Origin: Opitutales bacterium
Lineage (GTDB): Bacteria; Verrucomicrobiota; Verrucomicrobiia; Opitutales; PNEW01
DNA length: 32,000 nt
Direction: 5' to 3'
Assembly: GCA_965219535.1 (NCBI GenBank)
Contig: CBDCNV010000001.1
Location: 1,650,001 to 1,682,000, forward strand
The translations under genes and the position numbers were made by a program. This document shows positions 8,415 to 17,039 of the stretch, in pieces. The notes beneath the pieces were generated by a model, which was given only the letters and a program-made list of their open reading frames with translations, was not told where the DNA came from and searched no databases. Numbering within the stretch: the first letter of the stretch is position 1; every line of letters begins with the position of its first letter.

Positions 8415-9246
8415 ATGCTCAATCAGGATCAGATTTCAAACTATCACAAAGACGGATATCTTTCAGGCGTTTCTATTCTTAATGAAGTAGAAGCTGGACA
8501 TTATAGAGAACAATTTGATGCATTGGAGAAAAGAGAAGGCCATGAGAAGTGTCAGATCGGATTACAAAGTAGACACTTCGAAGAACGCTTTATCTGGGAG
8601 CTTGCTTCCAAGATTTCAAACTATCACAAAGACGGATATCTTTCAGGCGTTTCTCTAGAGAACAATTTGATGCAAACGCTTTATTCTTGATTGCATTGAG
8701 GCATTGATCGGGTCGCATATTATGCTCCTGGCGACCCACTTTTTTTGCAAATACGGGGATGGTGGCACGGCAACGAAGTTTGTTGCCTGGCACCAGGATG
8801 TCACCTACTGGGGATTGGAACCACCGACGACGATGACTGCCTGGTACGCGATTGATGACAGTGATGTCGAAAATGGCTGTATGCGGTGCATCCCGGGAAG
8901 TCATATCGCGGGAGTGCGTGAGCATGGTAAGTCCAGAATTGGAGGTAATTTATTGAGCATTAATCAGGAAGTTGAAGTGAATGATGAAGAGGAAAAAAAG
9001 GCGGTTGATTTCATATTAAAAGCGGGGGAGATCTCACTGCATGATGGGTCAATTATACACGGCAGCCTACCCAATCGCTCAAAGCGAAGACGATGCGGGT
9101 TGACACTACGCTTTATCCCCGCACATGTCCGGCAGATTTCGGCGAATTCTGTAGGGAAAGACTGGAGGCCTATTCTGATGCGGGGTGAAGCGAAGAATAT
9201 AAGTAAAGTAGAACGGGCACCCTTTAATGGGAACGGTGGTAGTTAA
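8415..9246 (+). pseudogene. Phytanoyl-CoA dioxygenase (PhyH) family Fe(II)/2-oxoglutarate oxygenase, disrupted by a 64-bp internal insertion
   Basis: The N-terminal ORF (MLNQDQISNYHKDGYL...) stops at 8688-8690. The C-terminal ORF carries AWHQD and GSH motifs typical of PhyH. Deleting 8611-8674 joins them in frame as ...ERFIWELASKRFILDCIEALIGSHI..., a canonical PhyH spacing. The likely true start is the ATG at 8415. Confidence 0.75.
8611..8674 (+). repeat. Self-derived insertion: 44-bp exact copy of 8431-8474, one extra base, then a 19-bp exact copy of 8504-8522
   Basis: Checked base by base. agatttcaaactatcacaaagacggatatctttcaggcgtttct is identical at 8431-8474 and 8611-8654, exactly 180 bp apart. 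tagagaacaatttgatgca is identical at 8504-8522 and 8656-8674. Confidence 0.85.
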
Positions 9247-9308
9247 TATTGGTTTTAGGGTGTGAAGCTATAGCCGAAAGTGCAGACTTTATTCACGCGC
9301 CTAAAATG

Positions 9309-9584
9309 TCACTGAGATAGTATATCGCCGAGTTTACCTGCGGCTTCATCGGCTTTTAAAGTATCTTCATCCCCATAATAATCGTCATTGATAATAATCT
9401 GGGGGACTGTCTTCTTCCCACCCGTTCGGTGGAGCATCGACTTTAAATTTTTATTAGGATATTTCCAACCGAGAACCATGATTATACCGATTTCATGATA
9501 AGATACCCCGTATCGATTTAATATGCGCTTAGCTTCGTGGCAATAGGGACATAAGCTACTCGTATATATGTCAATTTTAGCCAT
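9309..9584 (-). CDS. Glutaredoxin-like protein (CPYC active site)
   Basis: IDIYTSSLCPYCHEAKRIL and TVPQIIIND fit the thioredoxin-fold glutaredoxin/NrdH pattern. The middle segment is atypical and the GG motif is absent. Confidence 0.75.
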   Translation of the reverse strand: MAKIDIYTSSLCPYCHEAKRILNRYGVSYHEIGIIMVLGWKYPNKNLKSMLHRTGGKKTVPQIIINDDYYGDEDTLKADEAAGKLGDILSQ

Positions 9585-9685
9585 GAAAAACTAATAATAA
9601 AAAGTGTTTATTTAAATGTGTAAATCTATCTGAAACTAATTTGATAGAATAATTAAAATTAAATTTTTGGCGCGCATCAAATACG

Positions 9686-10437
9686 TTACTGGAGTTGTTC
9701 GATGAATGGTTTGAAGATGAGAAAAATGCCGAGAACGATCAGAATTCCAAAAGAGAGTGAACGCAGTAATTTTTCAGATACTTTTTTACCAATTGCTAAA
9801 CCGATGAATGTACCAATCACGGTTGTGGGAATTAAAAATAATCCAAGGATTAATGTTTTTGGAACAAGATCACCAAATACGAGGTAGAGAAAAATAAATT
9901 GGAAAGGGACATAGGGTAAACCATATAACAAGGTTGAAACGCGTTTTCTCTCTGTAGTCCAACGCTGTGCGTGTATCCATAATACGAGAGGTGGACCGCC
10001 GATATTTGCTAATCCATTAAGGATGCCGCTGCAAACAGCAGCTAGATATTCCCAGGACCAATGCACCTTATCTTGAGGCTCTATTTTTAATAACGAGCGA
10101 ATCATATGGATGGCTAAAAGGAGTATTCCAAAAACTTGCTCAATAAATGATTTTTCTTGAAGGGAAAGAGATTGCAATAACCAGATCCCGATCGGGAGCA
10201 AAAAATCCCGATAAGAATCAAAGGACTTAATGTCCGCCAGTCAGCTGAGCGATGCAAGGTGGCGACGCCAATGCAGCGTTGAATAGTTGAACCAAACGTT
10301 GATAGGACAACAGCTTCTGGTAGGGGGTAATCCAGCATAAGGAGTGCAGCGATGGCAAACAGGCTAAAGCCAAACCCGGCAATACTTTGCAATATCGCGC
10401 TGCCGAGGAAAACACTTGCGGTCAGGAGGAGAAGCAT
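9686..10437 (-). pseudogene. TauE/SafE-family (sulfite exporter-like) membrane protein, frameshifted
   Basis: Two overlapping minus-strand ORFs (10114-10437 and 9686-10201) together form a polytopic TauE-like protein (AGFGFSLF ... NGLANIGGPPLVLW). The frames switch at a T6 run (A6 on plus, 10200-10205). One extra T would read ...LILIGIFLLPIGIWLL... continuously. Confidence 0.7.
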
Positions 10438-10531
10438 GGCGGTGATCCATAGTTTGGGATCACTTTACTGAGCTCCATGATCTAGATATAGACGAGAGTG
10501 TTGAAAGGAATAAGTCCGAATGCTCAAGCTA

Positions 10532-11419
10532 TTATCGAGATATATAGTAAACTCTATTATTCGATGAATCATACCCACCAGATATATTATTTGAACCATC
10601 GCTATCTGAGCTCTCCAAGGAATATCCATCTGTGATCGTCGCTTTGGTCATCGATTCCCACTTTAGATAGAGTTCTTCCTCACTTAAATTTTCAAAATTT
10701 TCCAATGGGATATCCGTGTAAAACCGGTATCTCGTAATGGTCAATGGTTTCTGACCTAATTCTTCAATTTTTAGATTTTTATCCTCAACCCATCTGAAAA
10801 ACTCGGAATCATCAATGGAAAATTCAAAAACAAAGAATCGATCATCTTTATAGTAAGAAATTTTTGTTGCTGAATCAGGTAACCAATCGACGGCGTGAAG
10901 ATTTTCTCCAATTTCAAAATCAGATCCACTATAAATTATTACATTAACAACGATAATAACTACGACAAGAATACCCAGGATTATCAGCTTACGAAAATCG
11001 CCGAAAGCTTCAGAAAGTTTTTGTTTTAAAGTCGGATTTTCGGGAAGCGCCCGTTCTCTTTTTGCTTCTATCTTGTAGGTCTGATATCCGGCTTGCTTGT
11101 TGTTACTTAGTGATTGCTCAGTATCCTTTTTATCAATGGCTAGTCGTTCTATAAACCCGTCTTTTCCAATTTCACCTTCAGCATCGTAAATATTAAAATA
11201 ATAACCGGCAACTTTACTGGAACCCGACTCATCCTTTTTATGGCTGGCGTACATCATTACGGTGCTAAAATTAGCACCGCGAGGTACTTCATACTCATCA
11301 ATTCTTGTCTCGGGTGATTTCGCGTCTTGAAGATACTCTTCCGCTTTTCTCAAGCTGCTAAAAGCGGCTAGAGCTTTATCGGAACCGTTAGAGCATTGAA
11401 TTATAATATAAAATGTCAT
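10532..11419 (-). CDS. Hypothetical single-pass membrane protein (orphan)
   Basis: A 295-aa ORF with an N-terminal soluble part, a central TM helix (LIILGILVVVIIVVNVIIY) and a C-terminal domain. It is AT-rich and I recognise no family motif. Confidence 0.5.
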   Translation of the reverse strand: MTFYIIIQCSNGSDKALAAFSSLRKAEEYLQDAKSPETRIDEYEVPRGANFSTVMMYASHKKDESGSSKVAGYYFNIYDAEGEIGKDGFIERLAIDKKDTEQSLSNNKQAGYQTYKIEAKRERALPENPTLKQKLSEAFGDFRKLIILGILVVVIIVVNVIIYSGSDFEIGENLHAVDWLPDSATKISYYKDDRFFVFEFSIDDSEFFRWVEDKNLKIEELGQKPLTITRYRFYTDIPLENFENLSEEELYLKWESMTKATITDGYSLESSDSDGSNNISGGYDSSNNRVYYISR

Positions 11420-11435
11420 GGGAAAGTAATTACCC
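11420..11435. promoter_or_regulatory. Conserved intergenic motif GGGAAAGTAATTACCC (copy 3), directly abutting the start codon of the 10532-11419 ORF
   Basis: Third copy of the motif. In the minus-strand gene direction it reads GGGTAATTACTTTCCC followed by ATG. Confidence 0.3.
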
Positions 11436-11686
11436 TGAATGCGTTAAATAAGTTTTTAAAACTCCAGCCAAATTTTAAAGAAAAAAAATAATTTAAGATG
11501 ATTTAGTGAATAAATCAGAATAAAACATGGGGAAACTACTCATATATGCCGCGGGAAAGGGATCAATGACCGTCCTTAATGATTTATAAATAAATAAACT
11601 CGTAATCCTTGAACAAGGGGTGCCAGACACTCAGTAAGATAGGATAAGATTATTGAAAATGGGAGAAGAATATTATCTCGGATCAA

Positions 11687-12811
11687 TTATAGTGATTCCT
11701 GATAAATGAATTCTCTGAGGCAAGATATAATAACAGCGCATTCTAGACCGAATGGGAGATAGCCCAGATAACCTGCCAAGGGCATTTCAAAAATAGAAAA
11801 TGCCTGGAAATAGGGAGTCGCATAGACCCATTTTGCAAGGCTGAGATAATTCCACATTTCCCAAAAGAATCCACATATCAGTGCAGCCAATGCCCAGGTA
11901 AAGAGATAGGATCCCCGGCCCAGAGTAATTCCACCAAAATCGATCGGTTGCCCCAACAATCGATTGAGTGCCACCCAGCCTAAAAGGGGACCGATCCAGA
12001 GAAGGGGATACAGCGTGTGTGGATAAAGTCCGATAAAGAAAAAACTGAGTGAAACGACAACAAGGGCAATGAACGCCAATTCTGATTCCCATGAAACATT
12101 TATGCGAGGGCTCCTGTCTAAATACCTTTGAAGGTGGGGAAAGCTTAGGAGTAACTGCTGGGTGCTGAATACGGCGGGCAGTACTGTAGAGAATGCAATT
12201 GAGGCATGTATGATGTATTCACTGGCATTTATCTCTTCCAGCCCCAGGTAGTGCCAATTTTGGACAAAACGATTCAAATATTCAAATACCCACCAGAAAA
12301 TGGAACTGATAGGAAAGAGAAGGAGGAAGAATTTCGGGTTCTCGATCAGCGGAGCCGTTCCCCCTCGCCAAAATATAACGCCATTAATGACCACTATATA
12401 GGCAAGCCAGAGGGGAGTAAAGGTATAGCTCTGCAGAGGGGTGAACCAGGGGAATCGATTCCAGGCTAAGATCCAGGACACCAAGGCAAAGATCAAACCG
12501 ACCCATCCCCATAAGGGAAAATGCCGCCATTTAATTGTAGATTTTAGAGAATGTTGTTCGTCTGGTCGATCTCTCATTCTCAGCCAGACGACTAGGATAA
12601 CGGCGATTGAGACTGAGAGAAGGGAAAAATGGAGAACAGAAAAACGAGTATAATCTTGCAATCGTGTCGTTGGTGGAAACTGGAAGTATGATTTGAGTGT
12701 ATTACCGGCTAAGCTCGTCCCCAAAAGTGGTAAGCCGAGACAGATGGCAGCAAGGAGCAATATATTTATCTGCCTAATGATCGCTGTTTTATTAGCTCTC
12801 ATCTCATTCAA
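11687..12811 (-). CDS. Polytopic integral membrane protein of unknown function
   Basis: A 374-aa ORF with about 9-10 hydrophobic helices. It has two Trp-rich motifs (FWWVFEYLNRFVQNWHY and FFWEMWNYLSLAKWVY). It starts 14 nt after the stop of the deacetylase gene upstream. Confidence 0.6.
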   Translation of the reverse strand: MNEMRANKTAIIRQINILLLAAICLGLPLLGTSLAGNTLKSYFQFPPTTRLQDYTRFSVLHFSLLSVSIAVILVVWLRMRDRPDEQHSLKSTIKWRHFPLWGWVGLIFALVSWILAWNRFPWFTPLQSYTFTPLWLAYIVVINGVIFWRGGTAPLIENPKFFLLLFPISSIFWWVFEYLNRFVQNWHYLGLEEINASEYIIHASIAFSTVLPAVFSTQQLLLSFPHLQRYLDRSPRINVSWESELAFIALVVVSLSFFFIGLYPHTLYPLLWIGPLLGWVALNRLLGQPIDFGGITLGRGSYLFTWALAALICGFFWEMWNYLSLAKWVYATPYFQAFSIFEMPLAGYLGYLPFGLECAVIISCLREFIYQESL

Positions 12812-12825
12812 TTCCCGGTCCTTAG

Positions 12826-13776
12826 TTATGGCGTAACAGATTTGAGAATATTTAAATGCTGGTATACAGAACGGGGAAGGGCGCTTAAATTGTAACCACC
12901 TTCGAGTACAGAAACTATGCGGCCATGACAGAAACGTTCCGCAATATCCTTAATCAGAGCAGTTAATTCACCAAAGTCTTCATCTTCGAGGGAAATAGCA
13001 GCGAGAGGATCTTCTCGATGCGCATCAAACCCAGCCGAAATAAGAATTAATTCCGGACGAAAATTTTCGGCCGCCGGAGCCAGCGAGTGATTAAATGCAT
13101 GGCGATAGCTTTCTATATTGGCACCTGCTCGCATTGGAATGTTTAGGGTGTAACCCAAGCCGGCGCCGGCTCCTTTCTCTTCAGCAGCACCTGTTCCAGG
13201 GTAAAATGGGTACTGGTGAGTGCTGAAAAAAAATACCGATGAATCTTCGTAAAAACTGTCCTGAGTGCCATTGCCATGATGAACATCCCAATCGATAATG
13301 AGGATTTTATTAATAGCATAATTTTCCTGAGCGTAGCGCGCGGCAATAGCTATATTATTAAAAAAACAAAATCCCATAGCTGAACGGTGAAGGGCGTGAT
13401 GTCCGGGTGGGCGGCAGCAGCAAAACGCATTCTGGTAATCATTATTCAGCACGGAATCGACTCCTTTTATCGCGGCCCCGGCCGCGAGGCGGGCTATTTC
13501 AAAGGATGCCGGACACGCTCTCGTGTCACCTTGGTCAATAATACTTTCACCGGATAGACAGGCGTTTTCGACATGATTGATATAGTCGAGGCAGTGATTG
13601 TTTTTAATCCATCGAATATCAATCGGTTCGGGTTCAAGCCATGCGAGTTCATCTTCGATGTCTGATTTCTTGATGAAATCATAGATCATCCTGGCGCGAC
13701 TTTTCGTTTCTGGATGGGAGCTTCCAGTATCATGCAATTCATAATCCGGATGATAGATAACTGCCGTTTGCGCCAT
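12826..13776 (-). CDS. Histone deacetylase-family amidohydrolase (AcuC / acetylpolyamine deacetylase-like)
   Basis: RPPGHHA, DWDVHHGNGTQ and GFDAH motifs with a C-terminal EGGY. These are the class I/II HDAC zinc-site signatures. Confidence 0.88.
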   Translation of the reverse strand: MAQTAVIYHPDYELHDTGSSHPETKSRARMIYDFIKKSDIEDELAWLEPEPIDIRWIKNNHCLDYINHVENACLSGESIIDQGDTRACPASFEIARLAAGAAIKGVDSVLNNDYQNAFCCCRPPGHHALHRSAMGFCFFNNIAIAARYAQENYAINKILIIDWDVHHGNGTQDSFYEDSSVFFFSTHQYPFYPGTGAAEEKGAGAGLGYTLNIPMRAGANIESYRHAFNHSLAPAAENFRPELILISAGFDAHREDPLAAISLEDEDFGELTALIKDIAERFCHGRIVSVLEGGYNLSALPRSVYQHLNILKSVTP

Positions 13777-13886
13777 ATAAAGATGCTAGATGATCACCCG
13801 TTCACGAACAATATAAAAGAGGGGAAGGATGGAAGTTTGGATGAATGGAAAATTACAGCTGGTAAATCCCGGCAATCCACCCTCCG

Positions 13887-14639
13887 TTAACGATCACGAC
13901 CTAAAATCATAATTTTTTCTGAGAGACTGGCTAATCGGCGGTCGTGGGTAAGGGCCTTCGGATCGTACTGGCTGAGAAGTTTCCAGAATTGTTCGGAGTG
14001 ATCGAAATGATTCAAATGGGCTAACTCGTGAAGAATAACGTAGTCATGCAGTTCTGGTGCTAATAAGAGCAGTCTCCAGTTAAGCGAGAGTCGCGAATCT
14101 TCGGTGCATGTACCCCAAACCGTAGATTGATCTCGCACTTTAACCTGCTTCACACTGATTCCCAGTCGATGAGCAAGGTTTAATGCATGCTCTTTTATGG
14201 CCGTACGCGCAAAAGTGATAAGAGCATTTTTAACCTGTTCATCATGGTTCCCCTGAGGATCGAAGCGAATGAGCACAGATGACTTAGACTCGTCGCATGA
14301 AAATGTTGGCTTCCCCTTTATAAAACTGAATGCAACGCTGAGTTTATCAGAGTGGGAAGATATAAACTGATATTTCTGAAGATATTTAAGTAAAGTAGTA
14401 GAGCGGGGTCTTTTTCTAGCTTGTTCATTCAACCAGTCGCCCTGGCTACGCAGAAATTGCATCGCTTCCTTTTCCGAAGCACGCCAGGGGATTGTAAGCA
14501 TTAGCGGCCTGATCGGATCGTGATTCAGCCGAAAATGTTTTGATTTTCTGGAACGCCGGATTTCGAAATGGACCAGTATTTTACCTTCACTGGTATCTAC
14601 TTCGCAGAAATTATTAATCTCTTTTTTGAGACTGCGCAT
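13887..14639 (-). CDS. YgjP/DUF45-type zinc metallohydrolase (M48/SprT-like)
   Basis: HELAHLNHFDHSEQFW (HExxH followed by the conserved H..FW), which is typical of DUF45. It overlaps the mazG stop by 26 nt. Confidence 0.78.
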   Translation of the reverse strand: MRSLKKEINNFCEVDTSEGKILVHFEIRRSRKSKHFRLNHDPIRPLMLTIPWRASEKEAMQFLRSQGDWLNEQARKRPRSTTLLKYLQKYQFISSHSDKLSVAFSFIKGKPTFSCDESKSSVLIRFDPQGNHDEQVKNALITFARTAIKEHALNLAHRLGISVKQVKVRDQSTVWGTCTEDSRLSLNWRLLLLAPELHDYVILHELAHLNHFDHSEQFWKLLSQYDPKALTHDRRLASLSEKIMILGRDR

Positions 14640-15282
14640 TTTCGAGTTTTTTTATCACATTGTCAGCATAACGTCGAAGTGCTGATTCGGGATCGATGTT
14701 TGCTTTTCTACATGCCGCTACAATATCAAAGAGGAGGGCGCCAGCTTCGAGCTCGTTCAATTTTTTACCCTGCTCAGAAATTTTATCATCATCGAGCACA
14801 CCTTCAGTATTGATATTCCCTTTAATTACTTGTTTGTATACATCCCGCGCATAGAGGAGAGCAGGTAAACGCGGTGGCAGTGACTTAAAGTATTGTGAAT
14901 GATGGGGCCGGCTTTTTTTCTCTTCTGCTTTAATCGCATCCCATTGAGCAATCACTTCATTAGATTCAGTTATGATTTTGTCGCCAAATACATGTGGATG
15001 TCGGCGTACAAGCTTTTCATTTAATTTTATAGCCACCGTATTCAAGTCAAACCCATGAGCTTCTTCCGCTAATTGAGCATGCATGACCACTTGTAAAAGC
15101 ACATCACCGAGTTCTTCACACATATTTTCCAAGTCATTATGATCAATGGAATCTAGAAGCTCAGCGCATTCTTCGATCAGGCATTCTGCGAGCGATTGGT
15201 GTGTTTGTTTCTGGTCCCAAGGACAACCATCGGGTCCACGCAATCGCGCTACAATTTTTTTTAATCTTTGTATTTCATCCAC
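14614..15282 (-). CDS. mazG: Nucleoside triphosphate pyrophosphohydrolase MazG
   Basis: LRGPDGCPWDQKQTHQSL, EECAELLDSI and ELGDVLLQV, followed by RHPHVFG. Confidence 0.88.
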   Translation of the reverse strand: MDEIQRLKKIVARLRGPDGCPWDQKQTHQSLAECLIEECAELLDSIDHNDLENMCEELGDVLLQVVMHAQLAEEAHGFDLNTVAIKLNEKLVRRHPHVFGDKIITESNEVIAQWDAIKAEEKKSRPHHSQYFKSLPPRLPALLYARDVYKQVIKGNINTEGVLDDDKISEQGKKLNELEAGALLFDIVAACRKANIDPESALRRYADNVIKKLENAQSQKRD

Positions 15283-15367
15283 GATTGCAGTTTTCTTAAA
15301 AATTCATTCACTATCTAATTAAAATATTAGATGCAGCATTCGGCAATATTTTAAATCCTTATAAAAA

Positions 15368-16162
15368 GTGGATAAACTAATTGAAATCATAGGGTGGAAA
15401 CGGAAAGAGATTGAAAGTCTAATACGACCGGTAAAAGACGATGAATTAATACGATTTTCGGTGAGTAATAAAGTGGGACTGACTTTTCATCAAGCATTGG
15501 CCGTTCCGGAGCGGCTCAGCGTAATTGCTGAATTTAAGCGATCTTCTCCTAGTGCCGGTGAATTCGCGGTTGATATTGATGCCGCCGAACAAGCGCGAAA
15601 GTATTACAATGGTGGCGTTGACGCCATCTCCGTCCTTACGGATGAAAAGTTTTTTTCCGGGCAATTGCGTGATCTTTGGCAAGTGACTGATTTTTTGGAC
15701 TCAAGAGATGATCCTACCCCCTGTTTGCGAAAAGATTTTATGGTGCACCCCATCCAGGTTCTTGAAGCTGCTGAAGCGGGGGCAAGAGCGATACTCATAA
15801 TTGTGCGCGCTTTGGACGACGATGAAATAAAAGCATTATTTGATTCCGCTAAAATTGCGGGATTGGAATGCTTATTCGAAATTCACAATGAAGGTGATTT
15901 GGAAAGAGCAATAGATTTTGGAGCTATGATTGTCGGGGTGAATAATCGGGATTTAACAGAATTCGTTACCGATCTTAAGGTATCGGAAAGATTAATTCCA
16001 CAGTTGCCCGATGAAGTAGTCGCGATTAGTGAAAGTGGCATTTTCAGCGCGGACGATGCCGCTCGCGTTCGTGAAGCGGGAGCCGATGCCGTGCTTATTG
16101 GCGAGGCTCTCATGAAGGCTGAAGAACCGGAGAATCTAATCGCCGAAATACAGAATATTTGA
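15368..16162 (+). CDS. trpC: Indole-3-glycerol phosphate synthase
   Basis: IAEFKRSSPSAG, LRKDFM, GVNNRDL and ISESGI motifs. GTG start. Confidence 0.92.
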   Translation: MDKLIEIIGWKRKEIESLIRPVKDDELIRFSVSNKVGLTFHQALAVPERLSVIAEFKRSSPSAGEFAVDIDAAEQARKYYNGGVDAISVLTDEKFFSGQLRDLWQVTDFLDSRDDPTPCLRKDFMVHPIQVLEAAEAGARAILIIVRALDDDEIKALFDSAKIAGLECLFEIHNEGDLERAIDFGAMIVGVNNRDLTEFVTDLKVSERLIPQLPDEVVAISESGIFSADDAARVREAGADAVLIGEALMKAEEPENLIAEIQNI

Positions 16163-16168
16163 ATTAGA

Positions 16169-17005
16169 ATGATGGGCGATGGTACTCTTACCCCCACGCA
16201 GACCCGCGACCTGCTAGCGCGTCTGGGATTAAGACCCCGTAAAAAACTGGGGCAGAATTTTCTTATCGATGGAAATATTGTGCGTAAATCTCTCGAGCTG
16301 TCCAACCTTCAGGAAAATGATACGGTAATTGAAATAGGTCCGGGGCTGGGAACCTTAACCGGCGCATTGTTGAAAAAAGGGGCAAAAGTATACGCGATTG
16401 AAAAAGATGTATTGTTAATTAAACATTTGGGTGACACCCTGGCCAACTCTTACTCATCGCGTTTATTTTTATCACAGGGGGATGCAGTTCAAAATCCAAT
16501 GGCTGGATTTAACCCGCAATCGGGTGAGCGATTTAAAATTATCTCCAATCTACCCTACGCAATTGCCACTCCATGGATTGACGCAGTCCTTGAGAGAACA
16601 CTTCCGGTGAGCATGGTGCTTATGTTACAAAAGGAAGCGGCTGGTCGTTTGACGTCGATGGCTGGGACTAAGAACTTTGGTGCAATTTCGATATTCCTTC
16701 AGTCGGCTTATAAGCATATATCCGGACACAAGGTTTCCAGACGTTGTTTTTTTCCGGTACCGTCCGTTGATTCTGTGTTATTAAATTTAGTTAGAAAAAG
16801 GACCCCCTTCATTTTTCAGGAGAAAGCTAAAAATAAAATCCGTATGATTTTTACTCAGCGTCGAAAACAGATCCGTACCCTGCAAAAAGATTATCCTGAA
16901 TATAAACCGTGGATAGAATATCTAGAGGCATCAGGGGTCAAGGCTGAGGCTAGACCGGAAACAATATCACTTGAGCACTGGCAAAAACTCGATGAATATA
17001 TTTAG
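16169..17005 (+). CDS. rsmA: 16S rRNA (adenine1518/1519-N6)-dimethyltransferase
   Basis: LGQNFLID, EIGPGLGTLT and SNLPY motifs. Length is 278 aa. Confidence 0.92.
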   Translation: MMGDGTLTPTQTRDLLARLGLRPRKKLGQNFLIDGNIVRKSLELSNLQENDTVIEIGPGLGTLTGALLKKGAKVYAIEKDVLLIKHLGDTLANSYSSRLFLSQGDAVQNPMAGFNPQSGERFKIISNLPYAIATPWIDAVLERTLPVSMVLMLQKEAAGRLTSMAGTKNFGAISIFLQSAYKHISGHKVSRRCFFPVPSVDSVLLNLVRKRTPFIFQEKAKNKIRMIFTQRRKQIRTLQKDYPEYKPWIEYLEASGVKAEARPETISLEHWQKLDEYI

Positions 17006-17039
17006 ACAGGCAGATGTAGCGATAAGAGCATGAGGAGTT

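Noticed and set aside
8431-8654. The 44-bp direct repeat pair considered as a CRISPR-like array, or as a template/variable repeat pair of a diversity-generating retroelement
   Set aside because: There are only two copies, both inside one coding sequence. The copies are identical, with no adenine-specific mismatches. No cas or reverse transcriptase gene is in the window. A self-templated insertion explains the pair better.
14818-14833. ccctttaattacttg, a possible fourth copy of the GTAATTACCC motif
   Set aside because: It does not match the motif in either orientation and lies inside the mazG CDS.
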